NCBI GenBank assembly: GCA_008690995.1
Contig: VRMN01000001.1
Location: forward strand, 1,736,001-1,800,000
Source of the DNA: Porphyridium purpureum
Lineage: Eukaryota
Length of the DNA stretch: 64,000 bases
Direction of reading: 5' to 3'
In this document: piece after piece, positions 20,586 to 31,513 of the stretch
Numbering within the stretch: position 1 is the stretch's first letter
Layout: every line of letters starts with the position of its first letter
Notes under the pieces: model-generated
What the model was told of the DNA's origin: nothing
The model's input: only the letters and a program-made list of their open reading frames with translations
Database searches by the model: none
Translations under genes and position numbers: made by a program

Positions 20586-21741
20586 GGCCTGCCTCTTTCT
20601 TCCTCGTCCTCCCACGAGTCAATCACAACTCGGGTCCAAACTCGGCTGACGGAGATTCGGCTCCGGTTCAACCACGGTGGCCGAGTTGGTCCGCCGAGTG
20701 ACGAGCCGAGCTTGATGTGTGCATGCGTGCGCATGCGTGCGAGCGAGCGGCGATTAAGGAGCGAGCTGCCGCCAATGTCATAGGAAAGGGCGCTGCGCTC
20801 ACCAGCACTGCATGGTGTCGCAGCACGAAATAAGGAACGCATGCTGTACATTGAGCTCTCAAATGCCGGCTAGCGTCCTCGAGGAGGCGATGCGTTATTG
20901 TTGCACTCTATGGGTCGCGGTCTGAAAGACTGCTCGGGAGATAAAAGGAGTTCAGGAGGAGCTGGGAGCAAGTTTGAATGGCGGGGCTGGGTGAGGCGAG
21001 CTCTTTTCACATTCATAGGTATGTATGCTCGAGTCCGTGTTTGCCTACGTTTTGAGGTTCGTCGTGCTGGCCCGTTCGTTTCAATTATCTGGTGTGTATG
21101 ATCTCGTTCATGCTCGCTGTGGAAATATCAGGCATCCAAAAGGATTCTCGCCCTCGATTTCCATTCAAACTTTGATTTGCCCTCGCTTCACCCGTTGGAA
21201 TCCCATCACATATGCTTCACCGATACTGGGCCGCGGCCGAGACGAACTGGTGCTCTAATCGAGGACACATAATAAGCCCTTGGCTTCACGAGAGATCGCA
21301 AACCTATCCTTTTGAGCTCTGTCCCGACACCGAAACGACGATTAGTCCCAGCCTCCGTTTTCGCGATGCAAGCTGAATGATAATCGACCAACTCCATTTG
21401 TTGTCAGTGGGTCGGCTCGTGACTAGCGCAATCAAGACACGGCGTTCAATTGTGACCATCTGGGGCTCAATCGCATTGGTTGGGACAAATTGTATGGAAT
21501 GGCGTGGTCACCGCTTGATCGAAAAGCATTTCCCCACTGAACAAGCTGCCTGCCTTCCGACTTCGCCCAAACGAACGTAAAATTTGCACGTCGCGCACAC
21601 AAAACAGGCTCTGCTGAGACTCTCGCGAAAACGACCTTTTCTTCAGCTGATGAATGGAAAGTCCTGTCACTGCTGCTCGCTTTTGGACAAGTGTCTGGTG
21701 ATCACAGGTTCCCGGATCATGACCAAAGGCGGAAAGCTTCA

Positions 21742-24700
21742 TCAGCCCACAAAATGCCATGTCACGAGGTTTTTGCTCTTGCGCCTCACATTCACGCACT
21801 CGTAACAGCGAAACGATTGCACTTGATTATCGTCTACGTAGCCGAAAATCTGGTCTTCTTTGTGCTCTCGGCAGTACGCGTGCGGGCAATCCGAGCAGAC
21901 TTGCTCAGGTGCCTCACCACACTTGTCGCAGAAATGAGCACCACATTTCCAATATTTAGAGTTCAAAGTCACGCCAACCATATCCACACAAACTTCGTGG
22001 AATTTCTTTTCGCATCCTGCGTACTTGCAGGTTAAAAATAACTTGGAGGCAGTCTCTGGCTCCTTGCACGAATAGCAAAGAGAGTCCTGCGTTGCAGCCG
22101 CGCGCATGCGCTTCACTGTGCTTGATTGAGAGTGGCTAGACGCCGGCTCAACGCCATTCAGTTTGGCGCGTTTGGATTGGCTTACTTGCTTTGACTTCTG
22201 GCCAGTGCGTTTCGCGTGAGCTTTTGTCATCTCCTCCTTCACACCCTGAGGCTGCCCGGTCTTTTCGTTCTGTGGAGATAGAGCTTCCTCATCACACTTC
22301 TTGTCCGGACTGCTAGGTGGCATGTTGGGAGAGACCGTCACATCTACACTCGCCTGAGCCACACCAAGGCTACGAACTCCTCCACCATTGGTTTCCACAT
22401 CGATCGCAGCCCGAATCGCCGCAGACGACGGGATGACTTTCTCGTCCAAAAGGTCCTCCGCTTTCTCCGACTTCTTTGGAGAGCTTTTTTCCTGGAGATT
22501 TTTCTTCTTCTTACCACCCGCTGTGGCAAGTGTTGGAGCTGTTTTTTCGTCCATTTTCGACGGATCACTCTTTTCACCCGTACTGGCCTTCGAAGCGCCC
22601 ATAGTACTCCCTTTTTCTGTCCCGTTGTTCAACACTGACTCCATTGCGGTCCCATTGATCAACTGGCGTCGTCTCCTCAACACTGCAGAGCTCGCAGTTA
22701 CATCATTCGGTTGCTTTTCGACAAATCCATCGCAATTCTCCGCCCCGCACCAGCACTCTCTCACCTTTGAGTGCATGAGATTCGGGTCGGCTTCACTACC
22801 GGGACCCATGATACCGAATCTCTCCCAAGACGTGACCTGCAAAGGACTGTATTTGAACGTGATCTCTTCATCAGCCGCGATTTCTCGCAGAGCAAACAGA
22901 CCTACGCGCGTCTCCCCATTGTTCGCTTTCCAAAATTGGATTTCACAATTCGGCGAGCAACTATGATTCACAAAGCGCGCCACATTCCCCTTCAGAGCCG
23001 AGTCCAAATACGTGTTCTTATCCAGGCACACCAGGTATGAGAGTATTGCGTGATGGTGAGAGTCATCTTGACCCTGCTCTGGTCTGCCTCTCTTCTCGAG
23101 GCGATGTCTGCATATTGCAACGTCGAGCACTTCGCCAACCAGCTCACAAATCAGCTCAGTACCGCGAATGCTTGCGCTTGTCTGCACTACCCACCCGCGC
23201 GTGCGTGTGGGAATAAGCTTGATGGTGGCACGGCAGCCACTCGTCTGATGTCTTGAAAAGCGCTGGTTCTCACAATGCATGTCAGCGCCGCATAGCCCGA
23301 TGGGACACTCTTGCCGCTTCTGGCGGTTCAGGCATGTATCATTTGTACATGGACGCTCTTTGCTACATCTGCACTTCGTAACGTTCCTCTCACCGTCCAC
23401 ACATCTCTCAATTAAGTACAGATTCGAACTGATCATGGTAAACGGAGGGGGAGAAGGAGGAGGAATAATTTCGCCTGTTGGTCCCTTTCGCGAGAGCGGC
23501 AAAGCTCGATTGATTTTGCGCGCTACAACTGCTTGCATCTGTTCGAGCGCGAGACGGTATTGTTCTTTCGCCTGGCTAACAGCCGAAATCTTGAACTGTT
23601 CGACAGGTACAACGAAACAGTTCGAAAGCCACGACCAAACGATGTCCTTGTGTTCGCGAAACGGATACCATCGCACAGCAAGCGTTTCATGTTGGGCATG
23701 CCTTACTTGCCACAATTTGGCAGGAAGCTTTTCGTAGCCCGCATGGTACACTTCTGCCGGCCAGAAAGGGTACTGACCTTGCTTCGCAAAGACCAGATCG
23801 CCTGCGGCAGGCATCTTTCCGGAAGTACAATTAGGGCAGTACCAAAAATCATGTTCTCCCTTCTTGATCACACCTTTCAACGCGAGACTCCTTGGGGATA
23901 CGCAATGCTCATGGTAGGCTGCGGGGCATCCATCACACTGCAAAAGCATGCCTTCATTCCCATCGCACTCGATACATGAAGGCATGTTTCGAGCGATCCT
24001 CTTTTCTCTCAATTTCATTACCACATCCTGTGTCTCATGTTTGGAGCAGAGAAAATGAAGTACTGTACCAAACTGAGGATCCACCGGAATCAGCCCCGGC
24101 GGCATGCAGGCGCGGTGGTAGGCTACAGGGCACTTCAGACAGCGTGTGAACGAAAACTGTCTCCGCAGATCAATTTCTCCCGTGCACATTCCACAAAAAT
24201 GTCGCGGACAGACAATGCTTCCTCCATCACTTCCGTCAGGATGACTTTTCGTGAGAGCAAGATTTGTAACACATTCCCTATGATACCGCTTTCCGCAGTA
24301 TTCTGCACTGCATGCCACCAGCCCTTGTTCTCTTTGCGGATGGTGACAAAATGCGCATTTCCAGGTTTTCTCTCTGCATTCGTGACACTTCAAAGGATCA
24401 CTTTCTGGGTCGCTTGGTCGGTCGTTCTCCGATAAACATTCAAGGTGCCAGCAACGAAAACAATCTCCTTCACAAAGTAGCACATTCCCGCCATTCAGGC
24501 ACTTGCTGCACACGTCTTCGTACAGGTCAGCTTCGTCAAAGTCCAAGCTATTACCTTGCACAACATCCAAAGACGTAAAAGGCTCCGGCGTGTGTGGGGC
24601 AGGCTGTCTGCTCGAAGTCTTGAAGTTGTCCACGGGTTGGCGGGGATCAGCAGCGGCAGAACCAAGAAGCAACACCGGCTCCATGATTTGCATGTTCTTT

Positions 24701-25188
24701 CGTTCGGCTTGACATTTTCTCAAGGTCTCGGTCTGAAGCCAAGCATGGACATTGAACAGTTGTTTGCGAATGCTTTCATCACACGAAATCGCAGCGTCTC
24801 GCGCTTTTTGAAAGCGGTCTTCTGCGTCCAACTCGAGCGGAACTGAGTGCATTCTCTCCTGTGGTATGTCCTGAACAATAAAGTCACCATTCAACGGTCT
24901 ACAGAACTCTAGAATATCGATCGCCTCTGATTCTTCGCTGTACAATTCGCCACCTCCAGGCCGCGACGAGCTCGAGATACAAATCAATGCCACGGGGTAC
25001 CGATTCTCATGCCGAGGCCCCAGCTGAACCGCAGGCCACCAGAAGGGCTGACTACATTTCCCAAAGCGGTCCATTTCTGCCCACACGACCCGGGGAACGG
25101 CATGTGCATCGGGCGCGGTTACGGCGACGTTCCGGACCTTCGACGGCTCGTTCTGCTCTTCTGCACGCTGGCACGCGGAGTTCTCCAT
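21742..25188 (-). CDS. NSD/ASH1-type histone-lysine methyltransferase (PWWP, several PHD fingers, AWS, SET, post-SET, C-terminal Cys/His finger)
   Basis: PFWWPA and YPFWPA (PWWP), multiple C4HC3 fingers, CENQRF (AWS), GNVARFVNHSCSPNC, EEITFKY, CWCGAENCDG. First ATG at 25188. Confidence 0.92.
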   Translation of the reverse strand: MENSACQRAEEQNEPSKVRNVAVTAPDAHAVPRVVWAEMDRFGKCSQPFWWPAVQLGPRHENRYPVALICISSSSRPGGGELYSEESEAIDILEFCRPLNGDFIVQDIPQERMHSVPLELDAEDRFQKARDAAISCDESIRKQLFNVHAWLQTETLRKCQAERKNMQIMEPVLLLGSAAADPRQPVDNFKTSSRQPAPHTPEPFTSLDVVQGNSLDFDEADLYEDVCSKCLNGGNVLLCEGDCFRCWHLECLSENDRPSDPESDPLKCHECREKTWKCAFCHHPQREQGLVACSAEYCGKRYHRECVTNLALTKSHPDGSDGGSIVCPRHFCGMCTGEIDLRRQFSFTRCLKCPVAYHRACMPPGLIPVDPQFGTVLHFLCSKHETQDVVMKLREKRIARNMPSCIECDGNEGMLLQCDGCPAAYHEHCVSPRSLALKGVIKKGEHDFWYCPNCTSGKMPAAGDLVFAKQGQYPFWPAEVYHAGYEKLPAKLWQVRHAQHETLAVRWYPFREHKDIVWSWLSNCFVVPVEQFKISAVSQAKEQYRLALEQMQAVVARKINRALPLSRKGPTGEIIPPPSPPPFTMISSNLYLIERCVDGERNVTKCRCSKERPCTNDTCLNRQKRQECPIGLCGADMHCENQRFSRHQTSGCRATIKLIPTRTRGWVVQTSASIRGTELICELVGEVLDVAICRHRLEKRGRPEQGQDDSHHHAILSYLVCLDKNTYLDSALKGNVARFVNHSCSPNCEIQFWKANNGETRVGLFALREIAADEEITFKYSPLQVTSWERFGIMGPGSEADPNLMHSKVRECWCGAENCDGFVEKQPNDVTASSAVLRRRRQLINGTAMESVLNNGTEKGSTMGASKASTGEKSDPSKMDEKTAPTLATAGGKKKKNLQEKSSPKKSEKAEDLLDEKVIPSSAAIRAAIDVETNGGGVRSLGVAQASVDVTVSPNMPPSSPDKKCDEEALSPQNEKTGQPQGVKEEMTKAHAKRTGQKSKQVSQSKRAKLNGVEPASSHSQSSTVKRMRAAATQDSLCYSCKEPETASKLFLTCKYAGCEKKFHEVCVDMVGVTLNSKYWKCGAHFCDKCGEAPEQVCSDCPHAYCREHKEDQIFGYVDDNQVQSFRCYECVNVRRKSKNLVTWHFVG

Positions 25189-25382
25189 GCCTCCGTGCAG
25201 CGCGCCGTGATCTTTACGCAAAACAACTCAGATCTGACTTGCAATGAAGCGCGTCAAGCCTCCCTTGTCCTCGCCATCCTCACGCCTTTCCCACCTTGTG
25301 CACAGCTCCTGGTCGCTCTCGGCACATCAGATGGTTCTTAACGGTTTCACGAATCGGTTTACTCAAATCAAAAAGAAAACGC

Positions 25383-27056
25383 TTATTCCGAGGAACTGAT
25401 GGACGAAACGCTTGAAGCCGAATGCGGCTGATTAAGTTGAAGAACAAGAGACGGCACATGGTCTGAAATGACGGCGTCGACGCAAAGCGCCTGCTGGGAA
25501 CGGACCGCGCCCGGATCACTGTTGATGGCTCCGTATGTGAGAACGTAAAGACCCAGCTCGTGCGCGTGCGTGACGAGGTCAGGCTCGTTCAGTACCATTT
25601 CGGCGCGGAACACACACCCTTGCAGGCGGTTCGCGCGCGCAAAGGCGACGGCTTTGCGCGCAGTGCTCACGCGCTCATCCAGACGCGGATCGCTGTCGTC
25701 GTGATCAGAATTGTTCAACAGAAACACATCGTATATGCTCTGCTTGAGACGCAACACGCTGGCAAGGTCTGGGTCGAACGTCAGCAAGAAAATCTTGCGG
25801 TTTGCGCTGCGAATGCTATTAAAGAGAACCTCAAGTACAGCATCTGCATAAACGTTTCTCTCAGGATACGGCAGCGTCTCGCGCTCCGACAAAATCCACG
25901 ACGGGTATTTCAGTTCCACCAGTAGCGAGGTACGTTCCGGCAGCGAGTCACACACTGTTTGGAGCGTGGGAATGCGGTCCAGTTTCAAACCGACAATCAA
26001 GTCCTGCATGGCCTGTGTCTTGCGGCCAAAAGCACTCTGCACCTGTTCGAGTGTGTGCGAGAACACTGGCATACCGTCATGCACGTAGTAATCATGGTGT
26101 ATCACGGGCACAAGATCCTTCGTCAACTGCACGTCAAGCTCAATGCACCGCACGTCCGATTCTGCGGGCTGGTTGACATACGTCTCAAAGCTCAGCATCG
26201 TGTTCTCCAGCACCATCTCGTTGTGCGCACCGTACCCACGGTGTCCAATTAATCTGGGCGCACACATGCCCGGTTTCGCACGCGAGAGAAATGGCAGCTT
26301 CTCAGCGTCTCCGTGTCGAATTTGATTCAGTAATGTGGGTGCTTGAGCGTGCTTGATCCGTCCATCCTCGTTGAAAGGTGAGATTACCTGATACCACACA
26401 GTAGCCGACGCGACGACAAGTCCCCGCTCGTCCATGAGCGCGCGAGTCAAGCAGCCCATTTTTGGCGCAAACTCGCGCACCAAAATCGCAGCGCGCCACG
26501 TTTGCCCGCCGCGTGTCTCCACTTCGATTGAGACACTTTGGCACGACGGGGACGATCCATTTGGACTCAACTCTATCGGCGACACGATGACAGGCTCTCG
26601 CGAAGCGGGCTCCAGAGTGTCACAAATCGGTATTTGAAAGCGACCACCATTCCAGAGAAGTCGTGCCACCGTGGGCTCGTCACCGACATCGCCAAGTGCT
26701 ACTAGAAAGGGACGGTCTCTGACTGGGTCGCCTAGCACTACGCGAAGCTGCGCCGAGCTGAGTACCTCCAAGTCGTCGCTGCGATACGGTGACAGCGGCT
26801 CAAGCGCAGTGTCTGCGCGATAGAGTACTTGCAACTCGACTGCCATGACAGTGTTGCAGCCTCTCGCACGACCATACCCGAAGCTATGAGCACCAACTGC
26901 GCGCGGGCGCAAACAGGAATGGGTCTTGACACAAGGCGTGAATGTGCTACTGCTAAGGGGCGTTGCGCTCCGCGGTCGCGCCCGTCCAGCGGCTTCCCCA
27001 CTCGGGCCCACGGCAAACGCTAACCTCTGGCCATAACTGCTCGTCTTAACCTCCAT
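25383..27056 (-). CDS. Glycerophosphodiester phosphodiesterase (GDPD), likely organelle-targeted
   Basis: IGHRGYG, ENTMLSF, IELDVQLTKDLVPVIHHD, VELKYP, TFDPD, VDAVISD. Confidence 0.92.
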   Translation of the reverse strand: MEVKTSSYGQRLAFAVGPSGEAAGRARPRSATPLSSSTFTPCVKTHSCLRPRAVGAHSFGYGRARGCNTVMAVELQVLYRADTALEPLSPYRSDDLEVLSSAQLRVVLGDPVRDRPFLVALGDVGDEPTVARLLWNGGRFQIPICDTLEPASREPVIVSPIELSPNGSSPSCQSVSIEVETRGGQTWRAAILVREFAPKMGCLTRALMDERGLVVASATVWYQVISPFNEDGRIKHAQAPTLLNQIRHGDAEKLPFLSRAKPGMCAPRLIGHRGYGAHNEMVLENTMLSFETYVNQPAESDVRCIELDVQLTKDLVPVIHHDYYVHDGMPVFSHTLEQVQSAFGRKTQAMQDLIVGLKLDRIPTLQTVCDSLPERTSLLVELKYPSWILSERETLPYPERNVYADAVLEVLFNSIRSANRKIFLLTFDPDLASVLRLKQSIYDVFLLNNSDHDDSDPRLDERVSTARKAVAFARANRLQGCVFRAEMVLNEPDLVTHAHELGLYVLTYGAINSDPGAVRSQQALCVDAVISDHVPSLVLQLNQPHSASSVSSISSSE

Positions 27057-27151
27057 CCCTTGTTCCCTTCTTCCGTTCGTACACGTAACCCCAGTATCGA
27101 ATCCATCGACTGCCAGACCAAAATGCCGAAGGTTTAAGACGGATTAGTGGG

Positions 27152-28468
27152 TTAGCTGGCATTGAGTAGCAGCAGCTGATACACTGCTAGGCCCAGAGCA
27201 TTACCGATGCCGTAACCAAGTGTCCCACTAAGCACGGCAGGAGCGACTAGGTCGTGCCACTGAAGGTTGCTGGCCATTGCAGCCGCTGTGGCAGAGCCCC
27301 CCACGTTTGCGTTGGAAGCCACCAGCAGTTCTCGGAGCGGAATGCGGAGCGCGCGCCCGGCCACCAGAATTACGACTGCGTGGATGAGCAGGATGAGTGC
27401 CGCAAACGCAGCGTACGCTCTGGACTGTGTCACGGCGTGCTGAAGGCGTACAGACGCCCCGAGCGTGAAGAAAAAGCAAAGGAGAATGGTTTCGCTGAGC
27501 ACCGTACTACCGCGCTGCAGAGCATGCCTCCATTCCACCAGACGCTCCGACGAATGCGCACCGGCGGCGCTCAGGACTTGCGTCAGAATAAAAGCGAGGG
27601 ACGAGGACACCAGTAGATGTCCACCGGCGAAGGGAGCTAGGGAGCCTACCCAAGCCAGAAACGATGCCACTGCGCAGGCGTCCATGAGCGACCAAGCGAA
27701 TTGCGATGCGGAGAAAGGTAAAAGCTCGGCCTGCAAGTCTTGCTCTCGAACCGTGACTGCCGCTGCCTCTGGCTTCTTGGTCATGCTCGGATTATAAAAG
27801 GAGTGCAGACGCTTGGAAGCCGCTGCAGCGAACAGCGCGGTGAAGTAGGCACCCATGAGAAGCATGTCAGCTGACAGAGCTGCAGCAAGCGAAGTCTGAT
27901 CCAGTTCGACTGCAGCAGCCGTCGCGAAAAAGTTAACCGAACCTCCGACGTACGTCGCGCAGAACACAGCCGCCAACTTGGCGCCGAGCGCCGCCGCGCT
28001 CGAACTCGGGATGGTCACAACTCTGGCGGCCACCAAACTACCCAGCACAGTTCCGATGGCGCCGAGCGCGAAAGCTACTATATTCCGACGGTAAAGCACG
28101 AGATCGCGCTTCTCAATTGCACGCTGAGCGAGAAACATGGCAACCACGCCCAACGGCATCAGATGACTCTGCACGGCGGTGTACGCCGCGCTTGACGCCG
28201 GTGCGATTCCACACGTGGACAGCGCGCACCCAAGCAGGAAGACTGCGGTGCTCGATGAGACGCGGCGATCGGACACCTGTTCAATCCGGTTCGCGACGCT
28301 GGCGCTCAGTAGCATGGCGGCCGCGGCGGCCGGTATCGCGCTGGCGGTGCAGCATCGCGCAGCGCTTCCTGCAACCACGCCTGCACGGGCTGACAATGGT
28401 CGCAGATGCACAGTCTGATGAGACGATCTTTGCCAGCCGCGCGGCGCTGCCGCTAAGAACGCCGCCAT
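27152..28468 (-). CDS. DUF819 family multi-pass membrane protein, plastid-type N-terminus
   Basis: ATYVGGSVNF, LLVASNANVGGSATAAAMA, GTLGYGIGN; about 10 hydrophobic segments; MAAF start. Confidence 0.88.
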   Translation of the reverse strand: MAAFLAAAPRGWQRSSHQTVHLRPLSARAGVVAGSAARCCTASAIPAAAAAMLLSASVANRIEQVSDRRVSSSTAVFLLGCALSTCGIAPASSAAYTAVQSHLMPLGVVAMFLAQRAIEKRDLVLYRRNIVAFALGAIGTVLGSLVAARVVTIPSSSAAALGAKLAAVFCATYVGGSVNFFATAAAVELDQTSLAAALSADMLLMGAYFTALFAAAASKRLHSFYNPSMTKKPEAAAVTVREQDLQAELLPFSASQFAWSLMDACAVASFLAWVGSLAPFAGGHLLVSSSLAFILTQVLSAAGAHSSERLVEWRHALQRGSTVLSETILLCFFFTLGASVRLQHAVTQSRAYAAFAALILLIHAVVILVAGRALRIPLRELLVASNANVGGSATAAAMASNLQWHDLVAPAVLSGTLGYGIGNALGLAVYQLLLLNAS

Positions 28469-28627
28469 GGAAATGCGCTTGACCTAAGCGGCGCGTGAAA
28501 GGAGGAAATGTAGTCGCCTTCACGCCACTTGCCTTTTATTTTCGACAAGTGGTTCGAAAGCATGCTTCCGATTCCAAAATGATACTTTAGGAAAGCCACG
28601 TGGCGCAGATGCGGCCATCGCATGCTC

Positions 28628-29027
28628 TTACTTGAGAGTACTGAATACCTTGGGCATTGCGCACTTGTCTATACAGGCAAACAAGTCCAAGTATTGTCCA
28701 GTGCAGTGCGCCTCTCCTGTGGTATCTGACTTGATGCGCTCCTTGCACGCCTCATACTCGGCGATCACCTACAACGCACAAAATCACATGAGCACGCCAA
28801 GACACATGGGATATCACATGGCCAAACGAAGGAAGAAGAAGAAGAAGAAGAAGAAGAAGAAAGAAAAAGTACGCGCATCCATTCCAAAGTTAGCGGCGGC
28901 CCTCCGCGACCACAGGAGTGGCACAAAACACGAATTTCCATTGAGATATCTCTAAACGTACCTTTGAGCACTGAGGCTTGCACTTTTCCTCAATCTCTGG
29001 TCGCAGATCCACCACCTCGTCCGCCAT
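28628..29027 (-). CDS. QCR6: Cytochrome bc1 hinge subunit, two exons (29027-28962 and 28768-28628), 68 aa
   Basis: Spliced product is MADEVVDLRPEIEEKCKPQCSK|VIAEYEACKERIKSDTTGEAHCTGQYLDLFACIDKCAMPKVFSTLK*, which shows the plant-type hinge Cys pattern. Absent from the ORF track. Confidence 0.95.
28769..28961 (-). other. 193-nt phase-0 spliceosomal intron of QCR6
   Basis: Donor AAG|GTACGT, acceptor TTGTAG|GTG, GCTAAC at 28894-28889, internal (CTT)10 tract at 28832-28861. Removing it restores the protein. Confidence 0.92.
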
Positions 29028-29710
29028 GTTTACAAGCCTTCGTCGAAGAGCAGACGAGCACCCACGCGTCTCGTTGAGGCGATCAAGCGCAATGAAGAAG
29101 CAATCAAACCCCAACCTTCCGCGATTCCACCCCGCCACTACACCGCACAAACACGCTCTCTCTCTCTCTCACACACACACGCACTCGCACGCCAGGTCCG
29201 TCGCTCCGAGCCGATCCGATCGGTCGATCACCACGTGCGGTTTCGCTTTTGCCCTCCGCCCCTTCTTCTCTCTTCTCTCCCTCTCTCACACACACACCCC
29301 GTCCCTCACCAGAAACCATCACTGCCCAGCCTACAAACCGCGCAGATCACAAAAACGACCCGCTTTACTATGCGAACCAGGACGCCATCGGCTCACACCC
29401 ATTCTTTAACTCTTGTTTAAGATTAGAACGCTCCATTATTTTATATATTTATTTAACACACAAGCTGGAAATTGACGCTCACACGCAGACTGTACTCTCA
29501 GGGAGCAAGTAGTGTACAGTTACGTTGCCGGAGATTGGACGCTGTGAAAGGAGGTTGCATTTGGGTTGGGTTGGTGTTCTGATTGAATCGTGCTGTTTTG
29601 TTAGAAAGAAGTACTGGAGGCATTGGAAATTGGAGCGAGGAAGAACGGTTGGGTCTTCGCGATGTGAAGCAGAGCAGCAGGTGGTGAGGTGGATTGGGAA
29701 CGCTTGAACA

Positions 29711-29716
<6 letters not shown>

Positions 29717-29744
<28 letters not shown>
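29717..29744. repeat. (AG)14 microsatellite upstream of HPR
   Basis: Read directly from the sequence. Confidence 0.95.
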
Positions 29745-29749
<5 letters not shown>

Positions 29750-29900
29750 CAGAGAGTAGCTGCGTGAGATTCAGCAAAAGGTGCAAGAAGTGTGTCTATC
29801 GTTGAGTCTGTCTCCTTCGTTGTTCCGCTTTGCTGGCTGTGATTCTGCGAGGTTGGGGTTTAGTTGTTTGGTCGCCCCGTGCCGCATACGTGTGGAGAGG

Positions 29901-31238
29901 ATGGAGCGTGGACATGCGATACATGGAAGTGGAACGACGCAAGTGAGCGCGATGGAGTGTGGTAGCATGAGTCTGAGCCGAGGATGGGTTTCGACACTGG
30001 ACGGCAGCGCGTCCGCGTCCGCCGGTTCTGCCGTGGAGTTGTGCGCGAGCGCAAGCTCAAACACCGTGTCGCTCGGCGGACTGCAGTGGGATGTGTACAA
30101 CCCGTCTGGAAAGTACCGCGTCGTTGTGACCAAGAAGTTGGTGGGCGACTTGTGGCTGGACGTGCTCACATCGCGAGACTTTCGCGTCGAAGTGTGCCAA
30201 AGCGAGCTGACCTTGTCTCAGCAGCAGATCATGGCCGCGATGGGCTCGCGGTGTGATGGGGTGATTGGGCAGCTCACGGAGAAGTGGGACGACACATTGT
30301 TCGTTGCGCTCAAGCGCGCGGGTGGCAAGGCGTACTCGAACGTGGCGGTAGGTTTCGACAATGTCGACGTGGACGCTGCGACGCGCCACGGCATTGCAAT
30401 GGGAAACACTCCTGGGGTGCTCACAGAAGCGACAGCAGAGATGGCAGTCAGCCTGGTGTATGCGTGCGCGCGGCGCGTCGTTGAAGCTGACGCCTACTTG
30501 CGCGCCGGCAAGTGGAAAAATTGGCTGCCAACCCTTTTCATCGGCAAGCTGCTGTCCCGTAAGACAGTTGGAATTGTGGGCGCCGGCCGCATTGGTTCCA
30601 CCGTGGGTCTCATGCTCGTTCGTGGAGCCATGATGGACCTCGTATACTATGACAAATATCAGAACAAGCAGTTTGAGGCCAAGCTGGATAGCTTTGCGCG
30701 TGCGCTCGCCGAGCATGGGGAGGAGCCCATTCGATGGCGGCGGGTTGACTCAGTCGAGGATGTGCTGCGTGCAGCAGACGTGGTCTCACTTCACCCAAAC
30801 CTCGACAAGACCACGTTCCACCTCATGAATGCCGAACGACTCAAAATGATGAAACCAGACGCGATCCTTATCAACTGTGCGCGCGGTCCCGTGGTGGATG
30901 AGACCGCGCTAGTGGAGCACTGCCGTGCAACTCCGACATTTTACGCTGGACTCGACGTATTCGAAGATGAACCGCAACTCAAACCTGGGCTGGACCAGCT
31001 CGAGAACGTGGTGATTGTGCCACATATTGCATCAGCAACCGTATGGACCCGCGCGGGCATGTCAACGTTGGCCGCATGCAACGTAAGCTCCGTGGTGCTG
31101 GGCCAGCCCACCCTTGCATCGCTTGATATTCTGCCTCATGTAAATGCACCCGGTGCAACACAGGTGCCGCCGACAGCGCCTGCCATTGTGAATGCAAAGG
31201 CTCTAGGGCTGCCCGCGGCGGCAGCGCCCAAAATGTAA
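29901..31238 (+). CDS. HPR: Hydroxypyruvate reductase / glycerate dehydrogenase (plant HPR1-like)
   Basis: VYNPSGKYRVV, GVIGQLTEKW, AVGFDNVDV, GNTPGVLTE, GAGRIG, LINCARGPVVDE, GLDVFEDEP, VPHIASA; ends PKM. Start uncertain (several ATGs from 29901). Confidence 0.92.
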   Translation: MERGHAIHGSGTTQVSAMECGSMSLSRGWVSTLDGSASASAGSAVELCASASSNTVSLGGLQWDVYNPSGKYRVVVTKKLVGDLWLDVLTSRDFRVEVCQSELTLSQQQIMAAMGSRCDGVIGQLTEKWDDTLFVALKRAGGKAYSNVAVGFDNVDVDAATRHGIAMGNTPGVLTEATAEMAVSLVYACARRVVEADAYLRAGKWKNWLPTLFIGKLLSRKTVGIVGAGRIGSTVGLMLVRGAMMDLVYYDKYQNKQFEAKLDSFARALAEHGEEPIRWRRVDSVEDVLRAADVVSLHPNLDKTTFHLMNAERLKMMKPDAILINCARGPVVDETALVEHCRATPTFYAGLDVFEDEPQLKPGLDQLENVVIVPHIASATVWTRAGMSTLAACNVSSVVLGQPTLASLDILPHVNAPGATQVPPTAPAIVNAKALGLPAAAAPKM

Positions 31239-31513
31239 GTGTGCACGTGCGTTGACCTTGTTCAGTATTTTTCCTTGTGAGCGCGGTCGTACACTTTGCT
31301 GGTCGTGCTGCCTCGCGAAGAACTTTAGCTGCTTTCGGAACAATGCGGGGTGTCTATGTACTCCAAAATCGAAATCGAACCATGTGATTCACAAAAAGAA
31401 ACGGGCTGCAGGTCGATCATGGACCAGATGCAAATCAAAAACAAGAAATCTCCCTCCTTTATTAGTTTCTCAGAGTTGCCCCTCTGGATGGCAATCGCCC
31501 CGCTCCTCCCCAT

